Assembly (NCBI GenBank): GCA_965235115.1
Contig: OZ249436.1
Coordinates: forward strand, 23,190,001-23,254,000
DNA from: Laetmonice hystrix
Lineage: Eukaryota
Direction of reading: 5' to 3'
Length of the DNA stretch: 64,000 nt
The notes beneath the pieces are model-generated. The model ran no database searches. It saw only the letters and a program-made list of their open reading frames with translations, and was not told the DNA's origin. The translations under genes and the position numbers were made by a program. This document shows, in pieces, positions 62,458-64,000 of this stretch (the first letter of the stretch is position 1; every line of letters starts with the position of its first letter).

Positions 62458-64000
62458 TATGTATTATTAGCAATGCTGGCTTGCAAATAATAGCGGCGGT
62501 CGACTTATATGCCCATGCTAAACAATAGGGAAAGGGTGCGAGAACGGCTTTCCCTTCTTGTATCTTGTCCCACACGAGTCCCAAGTACCGCTTTGCCCTC
62601 GCACCCATGCACACCCAGCCATCAACATCCTATACTTTGCCTCCTCATACGTCAGGCAGCTTATTATCCCCCTTATATATCAGTATAGGAGAAAACTTCA
62701 ACAGAAGTGACAGCCGTAATGAGAATCGCGCATACTGATCTCCACGACCACAATGTCATCCCCGCTCGTATGTGGAATAATAGAAACCGCCTGCCTGAGG
62801 CCACTCGTGTAATATGCGGTTCGGTCGATCATGAACGCGGTTCGGGCCGGAAAGCCATGCCAGTCTGCTAATTAAACCATCCAAAGTCTGCGAGCTGCGT
62901 TTGATGCTGCTCGATCCCTGCATCCTATCTTTGTTGTTTGGCGAAGCCGATTACCGCCTCGCACCCATCCTACTGGGCCCGCTTCTCCTCCCCGATCCGT
63001 CAATCCCCTGACCGCCTTCCTTCGCCAAGTACAGAGCGTATTTCGTTCGGCTGGCCAAAGATGCACATATCGATTGGTACAAATTATTCTGCCAAATGGG
63101 AACAGTTGATCCGACTGGCATAATCGCTGGCCCAGATGTTGCTTGGATCAAAGGTGCCACTTTTCGGAAGATGCGGCCCCCGCCCCTCCCAACCCTGCGC
63201 ACTACACCCCCGCCCCTTCCATCCCCGACCGCTACACTCCCAGCCCCTTCCATCCTCGCCCGCTGGGGAAACGAACCCTCAGGCGGAAAATCACGTTTTC
63301 CTTCACCAAATAGGAAAGGGAGAAAGAGCAGATGCTAAGGGAATTGATTAGCTTCATTAAAACCACGGGTATTGGTTAATTGGGTAAATTATCGGCTTAT
63401 GAGGGAGCACCGACGTCAGAGGAGGTAGGCATCGATGCTTTCAACCGGCATTCTGAGTTGGTGTGAGTCAAGATTGGGGTGAGGTAAGGTGTATAGGTCT
63501 ACTGGGTTGATATTAGAGAATTGGTCTGGGGTATGGTGTAGACCTATAGACAATACAATAAGTCGTTGAGGCAAGCCATTCTTTGTGCGCAACTTAATTT
63601 TAAACAGCAGTTGCGACCCGTTCTGGAACCGGCGTAATGGTGCCTTCCCCCCACAAACACACCCAAACGCTTTGTGAATGGTTGGGTAATTTTGTTTGAA
63701 GGAGAATGACATAAGGAACTCCTAATTCGGTTGAGTGGTTTTGATTTTAGAGCATTTGATCTTGGAATGAATGAAATAGACATAACCATGATCCACGTCA
63801 TACCTAATTAATTGTTCGATGGCACCAAAAGGAGTCGGTATGATGTAATGACGCGCTGGAGAAAGGGGTGTTCTGGGATTGTGCTGCAATGATTAGGGAG
63901 ACAGTTGGCCCAGATGAAAGATATATAGGCCTCAGTATGTCCCTCCATGTATACTTGTGAAAGCTACTTTCCATCTTAATTTCCTTTGATGTAATTTGTG

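Overview
Repeat-dominated animal genomic DNA, probably from a marine invertebrate (inferred from the transposon spectrum and the abundance of TAGGCCTA). I found no convincing host gene, rRNA, true tRNA or CRISPR array. The only long intact ORF is a 5'-truncated CR1/L2-group LINE (3189-5426). The rest is a dense, deeply nested set of DNA transposons: many PIF/Harbinger-type MITEs (TWA/CWG target duplications), plus Kolobok-like (TTAA), CAC..GTG/2-bp-TSD, TGT..ACA/4-bp-TSD (Ginger-like), IS3EU-like, hAT and Helentron-like elements, and one tRNA-headed V-type SINE. Main observations: (1) two near-identical 4.3-kb decayed ISL2EU-like elements in inverted orientation 1.84 kb apart, forming a 10.4-kb palindrome; (2) a ~246-bp composite of two inverted 75-bp mini-MITEs around captured DNA, present twice with its own TSDs; (3) trains of unrelated Harbinger MITEs joined through single shared TAA trinucleotides; (4) paralog comparisons showing that TAGGCCTA/TACATGTA arise as 6-bp insertions at TA, resembling excision footprints; (5) an internal AACATGTT-type palindrome shared by unrelated MITE families. 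All coordinates were read by eye and superfamily calls rest on termini, TSDs and recalled motifs, not database searches.
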